DNA of 52,583 nt from a virus. Lineage: Duplodnaviria; Caudoviricetes. The stretch's first letter is position 1. Each line of letters begins with the position of its first letter. The notes under the pieces were generated by a model. That model was not told where the DNA came from. It saw nothing but the letters and a program-made list of their open reading frames with translations, and made no database searches. A program made the translations under genes and the position numbers. Below, in pieces: positions 1-9,809 of the stretch. The stretch is taken from IMG/VR virus record IMGVR_UViG_3300047555_000022, positions 1-52,583 of that record. One strand, given 5' to 3'.

Positions 1-127
1 CTGTTAAAGGGACGTTATGAGTAACCTCATTATTTGTGCCTGTTACTAACCCGATAGTGTCCATTATCTCGTTTGTAGTTTGCCCCTCCAATTCTTTTGT
101 AGGTATGGTTATGTAAGTTTTTGGGCT
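1..127. repeat. Terminal direct repeat, identical to 52457-52583; genome is circular or circularly permuted (~52,456 bp)
   Basis: Exact 127-nt identity of both ends. It lies inside an ORF that reads across the junction, and 127 is a common assembler k-mer. Confidence 0.95.
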
Positions 128-505
128 TATCGCATACTTTACCTCCACACGGCTACGAACTTCATTACCTCCACTCGACCGAAACGTGCATGATATTTCA
201 ATTCCATTGTCAAGGTATTCCGAAAAATCAACAGAATAGGCAATATTGTTGCACGTTGAACTGCTATTGCAATCAATAATTTTAAAGACTAATTCCGTTT
301 TGATAAAATCACGTTCATAATGCTTTTTCAAAATCGCCATAGCCTTAGGTTCGGTAAAGACCAGCGAAGCGTTTGCATCACCTTCGTTTAATCCAACGCC
401 CCCCCAAAATCCAAAATACTTACTGTGTCGTGCCTGTATGAATAATAAGCCATCAACGCCATCAGGCTCTTCAACTTCGGTGCTATTCAAAAAATACTTA
501 TACAT
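1..505 (-). CDS. N-terminal part of a tail protein that continues across the circular junction into 52456-51069 (~630 aa in total)
   Basis: ATG at 505 overlaps the tape-measure stop. Open frame MYKYFLNSTEVEEPDG... is in frame with ORF 51069..52547. Confidence 0.8.
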   Translation of the reverse strand, partial: MYKYFLNSTEVEEPDGVDGLLFIQARHSKYFGFWGGVGLNEGDANASLVFTEPKAMAILKKHYERDFIKTELVFKIIDCNSSSTCNNIAYSVDFSEYLDNGIEISCTFRSSGGNEVRSRVEVKYAISPKTYITIPTKELEGQTTNEIMDTIGLVTGTNNEVTHNVPLT

Positions 506-3500
506 CTACCAAATAGTTTGAAAGTTTCTTCTTAATTATCGTACTACCTCTGCGTTGCATTTGCGAAAATCCCTTTGAATCAGCAAAAAACTGTGTTTCT
601 GGCTTAGATTCAATCGCATTTATCAATTGCCTATTGCCGTCTTTTATTGCCTTTTGCATACCCATCATTTCCATTTCTACTTTCATTTTCAACTCCTGAC
701 CAATTAGCGTTCTAATGTCATTTGTTTTTGTCGGAGTAAAAGGCATAAATTTAGGCATTTGCGTTTTATTCAACAAAAACTTACTAACCTCGATTTGTGA
801 TAATTCCTTAGACTTTTGATTAAGTATCTTTTCTTTAATGGTTTCAATATTTTTCGTATTGATTTGCTCTTTTAGAAACTTACTTACTTCCTTTGTGCTT
901 GAATCTGTCGAGTAAACACTTCTTAGTTGTTGTAATTTTGCTATTTTCTCAATAGTATTCGTAATCTCAGACCTATCTGTATTATTGTTTTTTTCCGAAG
1001 AAATGGTATTTGTAAACTGTTCTTTGGTTAAATTATCGTTTGTTAATTGGTGCAAATTAACTGAATTATTCGTTTCAATCCTTTTTTCAATAGCCGATTC
1101 AATCAAAAATCTATTTACCTCCAACGTGTTCTTTTTATCTATACTATCATTCTTTTCTAAATGGCTATTTTGAGAAAACTCATAAAAGTTATTTGTTTTT
1201 TGCGTATCTACATTATTATTCGTTTCCAAGTTGTTCTTACTCGTTGCGTACTCGATAAGATACCTCTTCATTTCTGTATTAGTAATATCTCGTCCATAAG
1301 CACTACGTAGTTCGTTGTTATCATTTGTCGGCATTATACGCTCCCCAACGTCAGCACGTATAATTTCCGTATCAACGCCCATCTTTCCACTAATATTTGA
1401 AAGTCTATGAGTGCCGTCTTTAAAGCCTGTGGGTATAGTCAATGTATTAAAATCAAAATCCGTACTTGGTATAGTGATTGTTGGCACTCCTGCCCCTCCA
1501 TTGCCCAATGCCTTGTAAAGGGCAGTTATCGTTTCTAATTGTATCCTTAATTTTTCAAAAGCGGCTGCACTCAAATTTGCCGAATCCTGCATTGCCCCCG
1601 TTATTTGATTTATTTCACCTTGCAACAATATCCTTAAAGTGGTGAAACTCAATAAAATAGCAGCATCTTTTTCTAAAGCTAAGTTCCTTAAGTCGTTATT
1701 ATAAGTTGCTTCACGAACAGTTAAATCGTCCTTTAGTTTATTATCAAACGAAAGGATTATTGCATCATGGGAAGCCTTTAATGTTTCTAAAGCAACATTC
1801 TTGAATTGAGTTTGTATTAGTATGAAATTATTATAATCAGACTCAATTAACTTTAAGCCCTCTTTTTTTATCGTTTCATTCTTTAATGTGGCATCTTTTT
1901 TGTCAAGTTCTCTTTGAATAGCATCTGCTGAAAATTTCAGTCCTAAATCATTGATACTTTGAGCGGTTGCCCTTTGTATAATTTCAGTAGCCGTATATTC
2001 TTTTCTCTTTTGCCCCTCCGAACTTACAATAAAAGCCAATTCTGTATTCAAATCCTTTTGCAATGAAGACAATGCTGCATCCTTTGCATCTCTTGCGGCA
2101 AAAATTGCATCTATTTCAGCTTGACTCCCTGCGGTCGCAATGTCCTTATTCGCAAGGATAAATGTTTTTTCAATATTTGCCCTTCTTTCTGCAAAATCTT
2201 TGAATACAGCCGTCTTGCTTCCTTCATTTGTTATCAAAGCTGACAATCCATCGGTTTCTTTTTGTAAGATACCTAACGTGTCTTTATTAAATTGCTCATT
2301 AGCTTGTTCCGAAAGTAAAGCATAAACATCATTTATCCGTTTAGTTTCAAGGTCATATCTATCGTTTATATTATTTATAGAAAAATCATGCTTTTCCTTC
2401 TCCTTCGCTACCGAGTTATCATAAGCCTTATTTGTTACATCAACTACTAAATTATATTTGTCATTTTCATTCTTTACCTCAAAATCATGCGTTTTATTTA
2501 ACCTGTCAATGTCAGACTTATAAATACTATCTACTGAATCGACGGCTTTCTTATAGTTTTCCTGTATTTGTTGCCCGTGCTTTATTTCAGAATTATACAA
2601 TTCTTCAAAAGTTTTTGGTAAGTTATTGACAATTTCTGGCAATTTTGCCCCTGTCAATATTTGAGCATAAACATCTTGAATAGTAGCCAAAGAAGAGTTA
2701 ATATTTTGAGCATCGCTATCAATTAAAGCCATGATTTTTTCCAAGGCTGCAAGATTATCTTTCATTATTGCAGCCTGTGCTAATATCGCAGGATTTTCGC
2801 CTAAATCCTTTATAACACTAAATAAACTCCCTATTGCTTCAGCCCATTTGCCCTCTGCTAATTGTGCAAAGAAGCCAAGCGTTTTCTTTTCAGTCGCACT
2901 ATCTTTGATGTCTTGCTCGGCTCGGAATTTTTCAAGAGCAGTGCCTGCTTTGTCTAACTCTTTTTGTAGCTTTACATCATTGACAGAAAATAAGTTGTCA
3001 AATATTTGTTTAGCAAAAGCACCAACTATTGGGAGATATTCTAAAACTTTATCAGAAGAAGTGTTAAAGAATTTTGCAATTTCATCAATTTCCTTTATTG
3101 ACCAGAATTTTATTTGCGATATTTCATCCTTTACATCATCAATTCTTTTCTTGACTAATTGCCCATTTACTTCTGTATATTCAGCATCTGCCTGCTCTTT
3201 TTCAAGCAACGCTTGTTTGTATTCCTTTGAATCAGTCCTATACTTAGCCTTGACCTTATCAAAGTTTAAATCTGATAAGTCTTTTTTCTTTTTGTAAAAA
3301 TCAAGTTCTTCTTGAAATATCCTTTCTTTTTCTTCTTTCTCTATTTTTAGAACTTCTTTTGAATTTTTCGCATGAGATAGCCGGTCTAATAACCGCAATC
3401 CATCTGCCAATTTTAAATGTTCTGCATTATTTTTTTTCTGTTCCTTTGCATAGTCTTCATCAAGTTTTTCTTTGTCTTTATTTAAGTCAGCTAACGCCTT

Positions 3501-6074
3501 AGCTTCATCATTGATGCGTTTTTCGATAATATCCCATAATCGTTCTGCATTGGTTTTTGCCTGTGCTTCATATTTAGCATCAGATTCTTTTTTAGTCTTT
3601 ATGCGGTCATCTTCTTCCTGCTTATCATACTTTTGACTAACTTTTAATAAATCGGCTTTCAATTGAGCGTCAATAATTTTTACTCGATTAGCATAATCTT
3701 TCTTCCCAACAACCTTTGCCTTATCCGATTCCGCTTCTGCTTGAACTGCCTTTATTGCTCCCTCTCGATTAGTTACATTTGCCCTCTCTAAGATAGCCGT
3801 TACCTTCTTTTCGGTTTCATCTGTTGAAAGGACCTTTGCTTTTGAGCGGTCAGCGTTGCCATCTTCTGCTATTTTATTTAGTTTCGGCTTATCAGATTCA
3901 GCTTTGTAGATTATTTCTTTCGATAGTCGCTCATTTTCAATTTGTATTTTTTGCACCGCTTTTACAAATTCCTGTGCAGTTTTGTCATAAGCCAATGCCT
4001 TTTTTTCTTCGGCTTTAATAAGCACGTCATTGCTCACAAACATTCCCCCCACGAAGTTAGCCAGCGAAATGCTATCATCTGCCCTCAGCTTCTTGATTTT
4101 TGCCAACGATTCTATTTTCTTAGCAAAATTTTCATCTGCCCCAGCAAGTTGTGCCTGTATTTTAATATTGTTCTCCATCGTTAATGATAGAGTGATAAAG
4201 TCCCTGTTTGTGTCCCGAACTATCAATCCAAGTTTCGCCTCTGCTTCTTCTAAGCTATTAACGCCCTTTAATTGCAAAGGGTACTTGTCCTTCAACTCGG
4301 ATAACTTATTTGAGCGATAATCAAATGACGTGTTGGTTTTGATTTTATTATCATTCAATATTTTTTCCGCACTTGATAGGTCATTGACATTTTTAAGCAA
4401 AGCAGGGTGTTCTGCCTTTAATCTTGCCAAAGCCTTCGTTTGTTCATCAATTGGAATATTAGAGTTTAGTACCGATTTGGCTAAGTTATTAAACTCCACC
4501 TGTTGTGTTTTAATTGGAGCAACGCCCTGAGCAATGTCAGTTATTAGCTTTTTTTGTGCTTCTTGTGCATCACTCACCGACGAACTATATAATTGATAAG
4601 CAGTAACCGCTGCACCAATAAGTAGTGTAATCGCTCCAAGTGGGGAGAGTCCAAGTGCTGTACTAAACGCTTTTGTCGCCACGGTTGCTCCTACTTGTGC
4701 TTCTGCCAAAATAACCGTGTCGCCAGTTAATTTTGCTAACAATAATGAAGTTTGGGCTTTTATGACATTTCCTGCCAAATCAACAACATTTAAAGCCTGT
4801 GTTTTTAAAGCCAAAAATGCCGTCCAAGTAGCACTTAAACGAGTTGCAACTTGATAAGCTACAAATGTTGCTGTAACGTCCTTTACAATGATAGCTAACT
4901 TAGACAAGTTTCCGCCTAAGCCTTGAGCAATCGTTATTCCAAAGTCAAGGATTGCTTTAGCAGGAGCGGCAATTGAATCGCCAATTTTTGCAGAAGTCTG
5001 AAAAATAACGTCTTTTAAATTACTCCATTTTCCTGATATTGTCGTAGCACCAATATTCATTGCCCCAAAGAACCTGCCACCTTCCGAACCAGCCTTTACA
5101 ATAGCAGTTCGTACTAAGTCAAAGCTAATTTCTCCGTCCTCACGCATCTTTATTAACTCTTTGCGTGTCTTACCTGTACTCTCTTCAAGTAGTGCGAATA
5201 AATTAACCCCAGCGTTGCTAAACTGATTAAACTCCTGTGCAGTAGCTTTTCCTGCCGAAGCAGTATCGGCTAACGCCTTTGTTATTCCTGTTACATTTTC
5301 GGGTATTCCTTTGGCTACATTTCCAAGTGCAACGAAATCTTTTATAATATTATCAGTCGGCTCTTTTGCATCTTGATACGCAAATATTAGCTTTTCAACC
5401 GACTTCGTTGCACCGTCAAACTCCAATGGCGTTTTTGCAATAGCAACTGTTAAATCATCAAATATCTTTTTTGCCTGAGGTTCGCCCACTAATCTATTCA
5501 ATGACAACTTAAAGTTTTCAACTTTTGATTGTGCATCAAAGATACTTTTACCAAAGTCAAATACAGTGTCAATGGCAAACGCTGCAACGACTAATTGTCG
5601 CATTTCTCGCCAAAAACCATTTGACCCCTTGAATTTATCAGTCGCACCAGTTAGCTTATTGATTTCTGCCTGCGTAGCCTTTATGCTTTCAGTATATTTG
5701 TCTACTTCAACTTTATCAGTTGCTTGCTCACGTGCAGTTTTTAGTGCCTTTAATTTCGCTCGCAACTCTTCAAGTAACCCCATTTGTCGGCTGTACGCCC
5801 CCGACAAATCACCTTCCTTCTGCACTACTTCCTGCACTAACCGTTTTCTTTCCTCCCCTGTGGCTTTTTGAGCCGCCCCCAGTAATCGTTCAATCCCTAT
5901 CTGCTCTTTTCTTACAGCAACTTGTGCGTCAATAGCTTCTTTAAAACTCTTTTCTCCTGCCTGTGCCTGTCGAGCCAGTTCAATAGTCTGTCGCTTTAAT
6001 TCTTCCAGCCTTTCGGTTGCAAGCATTATACTGTTTGATTCAACCTCGTATTCGATGCGAATTTGATTACTCAT
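498..6074 (-). CDS. Tail tape measure protein
   Basis: 1858 aa, coiled-coil and Ala-rich, with a tape-measure N-terminal domain motif (TPLEFD...QEFNQFSNAGVNLFALL...GEISFD...GGRFFGAM) and a hydrophobic segment. Confidence 0.9.
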   Translation of the reverse strand: MSNQIRIEYEVESNSIMLATERLEELKRQTIELARQAQAGEKSFKEAIDAQVAVRKEQIGIERLLGAAQKATGEERKRLVQEVVQKEGDLSGAYSRQMGLLEELRAKLKALKTAREQATDKVEVDKYTESIKATQAEINKLTGATDKFKGSNGFWREMRQLVVAAFAIDTVFDFGKSIFDAQSKVENFKLSLNRLVGEPQAKKIFDDLTVAIAKTPLEFDGATKSVEKLIFAYQDAKEPTDNIIKDFVALGNVAKGIPENVTGITKALADTASAGKATAQEFNQFSNAGVNLFALLEESTGKTRKELIKMREDGEISFDLVRTAIVKAGSEGGRFFGAMNIGATTISGKWSNLKDVIFQTSAKIGDSIAAPAKAILDFGITIAQGLGGNLSKLAIIVKDVTATFVAYQVATRLSATWTAFLALKTQALNVVDLAGNVIKAQTSLLLAKLTGDTVILAEAQVGATVATKAFSTALGLSPLGAITLLIGAAVTAYQLYSSSVSDAQEAQKKLITDIAQGVAPIKTQQVEFNNLAKSVLNSNIPIDEQTKALARLKAEHPALLKNVNDLSSAEKILNDNKIKTNTSFDYRSNKLSELKDKYPLQLKGVNSLEEAEAKLGLIVRDTNRDFITLSLTMENNIKIQAQLAGADENFAKKIESLAKIKKLRADDSISLANFVGGMFVSNDVLIKAEEKKALAYDKTAQEFVKAVQKIQIENERLSKEIIYKAESDKPKLNKIAEDGNADRSKAKVLSTDETEKKVTAILERANVTNREGAIKAVQAEAESDKAKVVGKKDYANRVKIIDAQLKADLLKVSQKYDKQEEDDRIKTKKESDAKYEAQAKTNAERLWDIIEKRINDEAKALADLNKDKEKLDEDYAKEQKKNNAEHLKLADGLRLLDRLSHAKNSKEVLKIEKEEKERIFQEELDFYKKKKDLSDLNFDKVKAKYRTDSKEYKQALLEKEQADAEYTEVNGQLVKKRIDDVKDEISQIKFWSIKEIDEIAKFFNTSSDKVLEYLPIVGAFAKQIFDNLFSVNDVKLQKELDKAGTALEKFRAEQDIKDSATEKKTLGFFAQLAEGKWAEAIGSLFSVIKDLGENPAILAQAAIMKDNLAALEKIMALIDSDAQNINSSLATIQDVYAQILTGAKLPEIVNNLPKTFEELYNSEIKHGQQIQENYKKAVDSVDSIYKSDIDRLNKTHDFEVKNENDKYNLVVDVTNKAYDNSVAKEKEKHDFSINNINDRYDLETKRINDVYALLSEQANEQFNKDTLGILQKETDGLSALITNEGSKTAVFKDFAERRANIEKTFILANKDIATAGSQAEIDAIFAARDAKDAALSSLQKDLNTELAFIVSSEGQKRKEYTATEIIQRATAQSINDLGLKFSADAIQRELDKKDATLKNETIKKEGLKLIESDYNNFILIQTQFKNVALETLKASHDAIILSFDNKLKDDLTVREATYNNDLRNLALEKDAAILLSFTTLRILLQGEINQITGAMQDSANLSAAAFEKLRIQLETITALYKALGNGGAGVPTITIPSTDFDFNTLTIPTGFKDGTHRLSNISGKMGVDTEIIRADVGERIMPTNDNNELRSAYGRDITNTEMKRYLIEYATSKNNLETNNNVDTQKTNNFYEFSQNSHLEKNDSIDKKNTLEVNRFLIESAIEKRIETNNSVNLHQLTNDNLTKEQFTNTISSEKNNNTDRSEITNTIEKIAKLQQLRSVYSTDSSTKEVSKFLKEQINTKNIETIKEKILNQKSKELSQIEVSKFLLNKTQMPKFMPFTPTKTNDIRTLIGQELKMKVEMEMMGMQKAIKDGNRQLINAIESKPETQFFADSKGFSQMQRRGSTIIKKKLSNYLVDV

Positions 6075-6294
6075 CTTCTTTTATAGTTTGTGTGGATGCT
6101 CTTTCTAATTGTGCTTTTTGCTCTTCATACTTCATTATTGCGATAGTTTTCTGTTGCAGAAACTTATCAGCACTCATGTACTCGTACCTTAAAGAATCGT
6201 TCTTGTTAATGTCTCCAATTCTCGAATAATCGACTGCGAGGTCGTTTTGGAGGTTAAAAAATCGGCTTGCTCTATAATTTTCAATAGATTCCAT
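6067..6294 (-). CDS. Tail assembly chaperone C-terminal extension (gpT-like, -1 frame)
   Basis: Overlaps the upstream ORF in its -1 frame, immediately before the tape measure gene. Confidence 0.6.
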   Translation of the reverse strand: MESIENYRASRFFNLQNDLAVDYSRIGDINKNDSLRYEYMSADKFLQQKTIAIMKYEEQKAQLERASTQTIKEDE

Positions 6295-6971
6295 TGTAGC
6301 ATCTTGCTCGCCCCCCTTGCTGTCCCCTTCTCCGTCAAGGAAACATTGGCTAAAGTAGCTTCTAAGTCCTGCGAAATATTCAAAAGGCTCATTACAGGGA
6401 GGCGATATATAAAAGGTAGTAACCTATCTTTTTCTGCAAGTATTTTATTCATTAAATCCTGCTTTGCTCCATAATCATAGCTATAAGGGTTCATGCTTTT
6501 TGTGCATAAAAAACATATTGCCATCTCCAATTGCTCCCTATATTTATCACCAAATGCAAAGTCGTTGCTCAATGACAACAGCATATTTGAAGCGAAATTA
6601 ATTTCGTCCTGTGCCTTTATTACATCTTCACGAATCAGGTACTTTGCTTCTTCCAAATGAGTTCTTACAGTTTCGGCATACATAAAAAACTTTTCTTTTC
6701 TCAATCCGTATTCGTCGTATTGTTTTGGGATTTCCTGTGTGGCTATTAAAATTAACTCATAAGTTGCCTTATCAAGTTTTACTTTAAAAACCTCTTCACC
6801 ATTAGCCAAAACGAACAAAGGCGATGGCTCTATCATGCCTTCGCCCATCGCCCTTGTAAACGTATCCAAGACATATTCGTCTTTTTTCAATGAATCTATC
6901 TTTTCAGTAACATCTTCGTTTTTATACTTTTTTAAAATTGACTCCGCTAACCTAACTAATGTTTTTTTCAT
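6189..6971 (-). CDS. Tail assembly chaperone (gpG-like)
   Basis: Position upstream of the tape measure gene; contains an in-frame slippery heptamer T TTT TTA. Confidence 0.6.
   Translation of the reverse strand: MKKTLVRLAESILKKYKNEDVTEKIDSLKKDEYVLDTFTRAMGEGMIEPSPLFVLANGEEVFKVKLDKATYELILIATQEIPKQYDEYGLRKEKFFMYAETVRTHLEEAKYLIREDVIKAQDEINFASNMLLSLSNDFAFGDKYREQLEMAICFLCTKSMNPYSYDYGAKQDLMNKILAEKDRLLPFIYRLPVMSLLNISQDLEATLANVSLTEKGTARGASKMLQWNLLKIIEQADFLTSKTTSQSIIRELETLTRTIL
6255..6261 (-). other. Putative -1 programmed ribosomal frameshift site (U_UUU_UUA)
   Basis: GAT TTT TTA in ORF 6189..6971; a -1 slip enters the FFNLQND frame of ORF 6067..6294. Confidence 0.65.
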
Positions 6972-7432
6972 AAAAAATCTTTTGGTTCTACTCCTGTAAT
7001 TAATACTTGTATCAAAGTTGTTTCAAAATTCAATGGATAGTTCCCACTTTCATACTCGATAAACCAATACTTCTTATTGTTATTCAAAGTATTAGTGTTA
7101 ATGTTCAACACTTCAATATCGTTATCTTTCAAAATAGGGTACAATGAATCTAAAGTAGTAGCCCCAATAGCCTTATTGGTACTAAAAACCATGTCTATCT
7201 TTACTGTTCCTGTTCCATCATCGTTCCTGCTACTTACGAAGTCCCCAATTAAAGCATATCCTAAAATATCAAAAGAGTTATTGAAAGTCCACGGCATTTC
7301 TTTTATCAACCGTAAATCTTTGCCATTACGCTTTATCTGTTCGGGATTTACGACAAACTTTTGATTTATTCTACTGTTAAGTGTTTCAATGAATGATTCA
7401 TAAATGCACTCTATTTGCTCCTTTATCTTCAT
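6968..7432 (-). CDS. Putative tail completion/terminator protein
   Basis: Size and position in the neck/tail module; overlapping start-stop coupling. Confidence 0.35.
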   Translation of the reverse strand: MKIKEQIECIYESFIETLNSRINQKFVVNPEQIKRNGKDLRLIKEMPWTFNNSFDILGYALIGDFVSSRNDDGTGTVKIDMVFSTNKAIGATTLDSLYPILKDNDIEVLNINTNTLNNNKKYWFIEYESGNYPLNFETTLIQVLITGVEPKDFL

Positions 7433-7887
7433 ATTTTTAACATCTCTTCTTTTAGGCTTTCTTCAAAAAATAATACCGCATCTTCCTTTTCATTAGCCGA
7501 AAGAGAAAAGGCTTCAACACCCATATACCTTTCGTTGTATTCTGCCTTGTCCGCTTGAATCTTTGAACTAAACCCTACTGAAACATAATTTTTCCTTTTT
7601 TCGAGAATAGCAAAGTCGGCTACCATATCACCGCTTAAATTCAAATCACGAACTAAAATACCTCTCGCATAGCGACCTCTGACATTAGCATGAGCCTTAC
7701 TATATCGCCCAATCCTATTTGAACTATTCGTATCCATAACCGTACTTTCGGAGCTTTCACCTTTGCCAATACGAGTTTTTATTTTCTCGATACTTCTTTC
7801 GGCTACCTCAATAAGCAAATCGCTTGAATCCTTTAATCGGTTAAAGAACTTAATAGTGCTGTCGAGTGAAGAAATTTCTGTTTTCAT
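7429..7887 (-). CDS. Putative neck / virion morphogenesis protein
   Basis: Basic 152-aa ORF with YSKAH...R...DLNLSGDM pattern, located in the neck module. Confidence 0.45.
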   Translation of the reverse strand: MKTEISSLDSTIKFFNRLKDSSDLLIEVAERSIEKIKTRIGKGESSESTVMDTNSSNRIGRYSKAHANVRGRYARGILVRDLNLSGDMVADFAILEKRKNYVSVGFSSKIQADKAEYNERYMGVEAFSLSANEKEDAVLFFEESLKEEMLKI

Positions 7888-7888
7888 T

Positions 7889-8920
7889 TTAACTACGTGA
7901 TGCTATAATAAAACCACCGCCGCTTTCGGGCATACATGAAAAGCAAATACTATTGCCAACTAAGTTCTTACTAATGTTTTTCACCTCTCTATTCAAATAA
8001 GAATAATATTGTTTTCTTTTTTCGGGTAAAATATCTTTAATTATTGCTTCTAAATTACGCTCTTTTAGATAATTAATTTGAGGGCTGTCGATTTGCAACT
8101 GTACTATTTGCATATAAACCTGTAACATATAAGCATCAGCCAAACTATCTTTATAGTCGCATATTATTTGCATTATATCGCAATCAACATTCGCAATTAC
8201 ACACAACGGACTGCCGTTTGCCAGCACCATTTCGCTATCAAGTTCAATTACATTATCAAATTCCACCGCTTGTGTAGTAGTGCTTTCTGAATACTTTGAG
8301 CATAAGCAACTACAACTATCAAAACTGTTGTCATTACAATTCATTAGATTAAATGCAACGTCAGCACTCGAAATTGTTACAATTACACTTTCTGTTTGCA
8401 ACTCGGCAATGAATGTTTTTTTTAACTCATAAGAATAGTATTTTTCTACTACTGCTATGTCAACAGTATAAAGAACATTCTTTGTCAGTAGGTCAATAAT
8501 AGATAAAGTAACCGTTCCAGCATTTTTAGGATAAAAAGAAACCCTTTTTATTTCTAAAACTTGGTGCTGTGCTTTCTCTAAATTAATGACTAATCCGTAG
8601 TTTTGCTTAGTAGATGAAAATGCAGTAAGTGGTCTAAATGTATCTACAAAGTCCATCTTTAATACTTCTTTCTGAAAACTTGCATACCTGCCGAAGGAGT
8701 CGATAATATTGCTTTTAAAAACACCCAAGGCATTTGCCTTTGCATTTTCTAACACCTCGTAATAAGAAGCGTGTTTGTTTGGGTCAGCTATGGCTTCCAA
8801 AAAGTCCGCACTTATTCCTCCAATTGAATCTATGCGTAATTTACAGGGCGTAGGAGTTTCGCACCCTGTTATTCCTATGAGGTCTGTTAGACAGTTATCG
8901 CAAATATCGTGTACTTTCAT
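7889..8920 (-). CDS. Putative head-tail connector / structural protein (Cys-rich)
   Basis: 343 aa in the structural operon; position only. Confidence 0.4.
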   Translation of the reverse strand: MKVHDICDNCLTDLIGITGCETPTPCKLRIDSIGGISADFLEAIADPNKHASYYEVLENAKANALGVFKSNIIDSFGRYASFQKEVLKMDFVDTFRPLTAFSSTKQNYGLVINLEKAQHQVLEIKRVSFYPKNAGTVTLSIIDLLTKNVLYTVDIAVVEKYYSYELKKTFIAELQTESVIVTISSADVAFNLMNCNDNSFDSCSCLCSKYSESTTTQAVEFDNVIELDSEMVLANGSPLCVIANVDCDIMQIICDYKDSLADAYMLQVYMQIVQLQIDSPQINYLKERNLEAIIKDILPEKRKQYYSYLNREVKNISKNLVGNSICFSCMPESGGGFIIASRS

Positions 8921-9429
8921 TTTTTGTAATTTCTTGAAAATTCAATTACTCTGTCTTTTAACTTTGATAGACTCTCAATATCTTCCTTTTCTTTTGTAAC
9001 ACCTATCCAGTCAGAATAGAAGTCTGCCAAACTTCCCGAAAACCTAATTGCTTGACAAATGGTATTTCGGGCTGTCGTTTCGGGTAAGCTATCAATGCTA
9101 AATCCTGCCTGTGTTGAAACTATTAGAATCGGCTTCATGTCGAGTACCTCAAACTGAGGTTTTGATAATTGACAAAGCCATTCCATAAACATAGGAGGGA
9201 GGTTTTTATAATAAGACGGCACTACGAAAATTATCTTACTGCATTGAGCCACTAAGTTGTACGTGTCATCAAACCTACCTGTTAAATACTGCTTAGAAAA
9301 CCCTTCGACTTCAATCTGATTAAAGTTAGCATCAATGCCATCTTTTAATAAGACATCTACAATGCTATTACTAACGCTCAAAGAATAACTACCCTTTCGT
9401 TGTGTTGTATTTATAACCGCTATTTTCAT
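8917..9429 (-). CDS. Flavodoxin-fold NAD(P)H-dependent FMN reductase-like protein
   Basis: MKIAVINTTQRKGSYS start, IIFVVPSYYKNLPP and KPILIVST motifs typical of the FMN_red family. Confidence 0.7.
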   Translation of the reverse strand: MKIAVINTTQRKGSYSLSVSNSIVDVLLKDGIDANFNQIEVEGFSKQYLTGRFDDTYNLVAQCSKIIFVVPSYYKNLPPMFMEWLCQLSKPQFEVLDMKPILIVSTQAGFSIDSLPETTARNTICQAIRFSGSLADFYSDWIGVTKEKEDIESLSKLKDRVIEFSRNYKK

Positions 9430-9809
9430 GGATTCAATAAAAAGTTATCTAAAACGCCAGTACAAGCCGAAAGAAAAAAGTATAGACTACAATACCTGTT
9501 CCCTTTATAAGTTAGTTCTATTTGCGTGTCGGCTTCTTTTACCCAAATCGAATATTTATAGGTTGTAAACCACCCTTTCATTAAATATCCAAGCGGCGGC
9601 GTAATAGCTGCGTATCCATCAATATCTACTATGACATTTTCGCTAATGCAAGAACCTTTTTTCAATGGCTCTTTACTTAGGAAAACAGTAACCGTGCTAC
9701 CGACTTTGTCGATACCTACGTTTACCTTTATCTTATCGGTACATTTGGGTACATATTCACAAACCTTTCCTTTACTCGGTTCAGGGCAGATACAAGGGCA
9801 ATTCGTCAT
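9426..9809 (-). CDS. Hypothetical Cys-rich protein
   Basis: Translationally coupled ORF after terL. Confidence 0.5.
   Translation of the reverse strand: MTNCPCICPEPSKGKVCEYVPKCTDKIKVNVGIDKVGSTVTVFLSKEPLKKGSCISENVIVDIDGYAAITPPLGYLMKGWFTTYKYSIWVKEADTQIELTYKGNRYCSLYFFLSACTGVLDNFLLNP

Noticed and set aside
985-6474. Plus-strand ORFs opposite the tape measure and other long genes
   Set aside because: Antisense shadow frames with Ser/Phe/Leu-rich composition and no motifs.
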